A DNA stretch of 62,956 bases, the filler included, from Octopus bimaculoides (taxonomy: Eukaryota): assembly GCF_001194135.2 (NCBI RefSeq). It is 4 parts of 4 records of this genome, joined end to end, with 100 filler letters (N's around TTAATTAATTAA, not from the genome) between each part and the next. Parts side by side here need not be neighbours in the genome. Positions count along the whole stretch, not along the records: positions 46,410 to 62,956 come from NC_068999.1; 3 more parts are not named here. One strand, 5' to 3'. Under the pieces are notes generated by a model. It did no database searches, had not been told where the DNA came from, and saw nothing but the letters and a program-made list of their open reading frames with translations. Below, one piece after another: positions 62,668 through 62,956 of this stretch. Position numbers and translations under genes: made by a program. Every line of letters begins with the position of its first letter. Within the stretch, counting starts at the first letter, position 1.

Positions 62668-62956
62668 TTCTTAATAATTCTCCAATAGCTTGACCTAAAT
62701 TCCCTTACCTTAAATTTCCTCTAGCCACTCCTTAGGGTATTGTCCTTCCATTTTCATTTTTATTTCTATATATATATTTTTTCCTTTTTTCTTATCTCTT
62801 TTTTTTTCTATTGCTTGATTTACCCCTAACCTGCTGTCCATTACTACTCAATCTACCTTCCTCTAAATTGAAATTACTGCTATCTTACCCCTCCAATTAG
62901 AATATATAGAAATTAAATTCATGTTTGATTCACTAGATTGTTGATTAACAGCCCAG
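62668..62956 (+). repeat. Direct repeat copy 2 (3' pLTR-like), cut by the window end
   Basis: Matches 60301-60584. Confidence 0.9.

Overview
Animal nuclear DNA from a gapped draft assembly: AT-rich, dense in (TA)n/(CA)n/(AAT)n/(GATA)n microsatellites, with many N-gaps. The SINE families resemble those I know from octopus genomes, so a coleoid cephalopod source is inferred, not proven. No host protein-coding gene can be supported. Most ORFs in the track are microsatellite or gap artefacts, and the recognisable ones are transposon relics. Contents: tRNA-derived SINEs (Nin-like, CORE-like and V/Meta-like bodies), a same-strand pile-up of R4/Dong-like RLE retrotransposon fragments at (AAT)n tracts (37.9-43.4 kb), CR1-group fragments, several Penelope-like element (PLE) relics, at least five recognisable minimal hammerhead ribozyme motifs, Tc1, mariner, hAT, Helitron-like and Kolobok-like DNA elements, and several large foldbacks. 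The most unusual signal is a ~120-nt module present four times (7.5, 11.5, 18.6, 27.3 kb). Its sequence diverges between copies but its short stems are kept by compensatory changes. It sits inside a 27-bp-TIR MITE, next to hammerheads, and as a spacer-less palindrome, so it is a candidate undescribed structured RNA or ssDNA element. All alignments and folds were done by eye, and boundaries are approximate unless a TSD or TIR fixes them.
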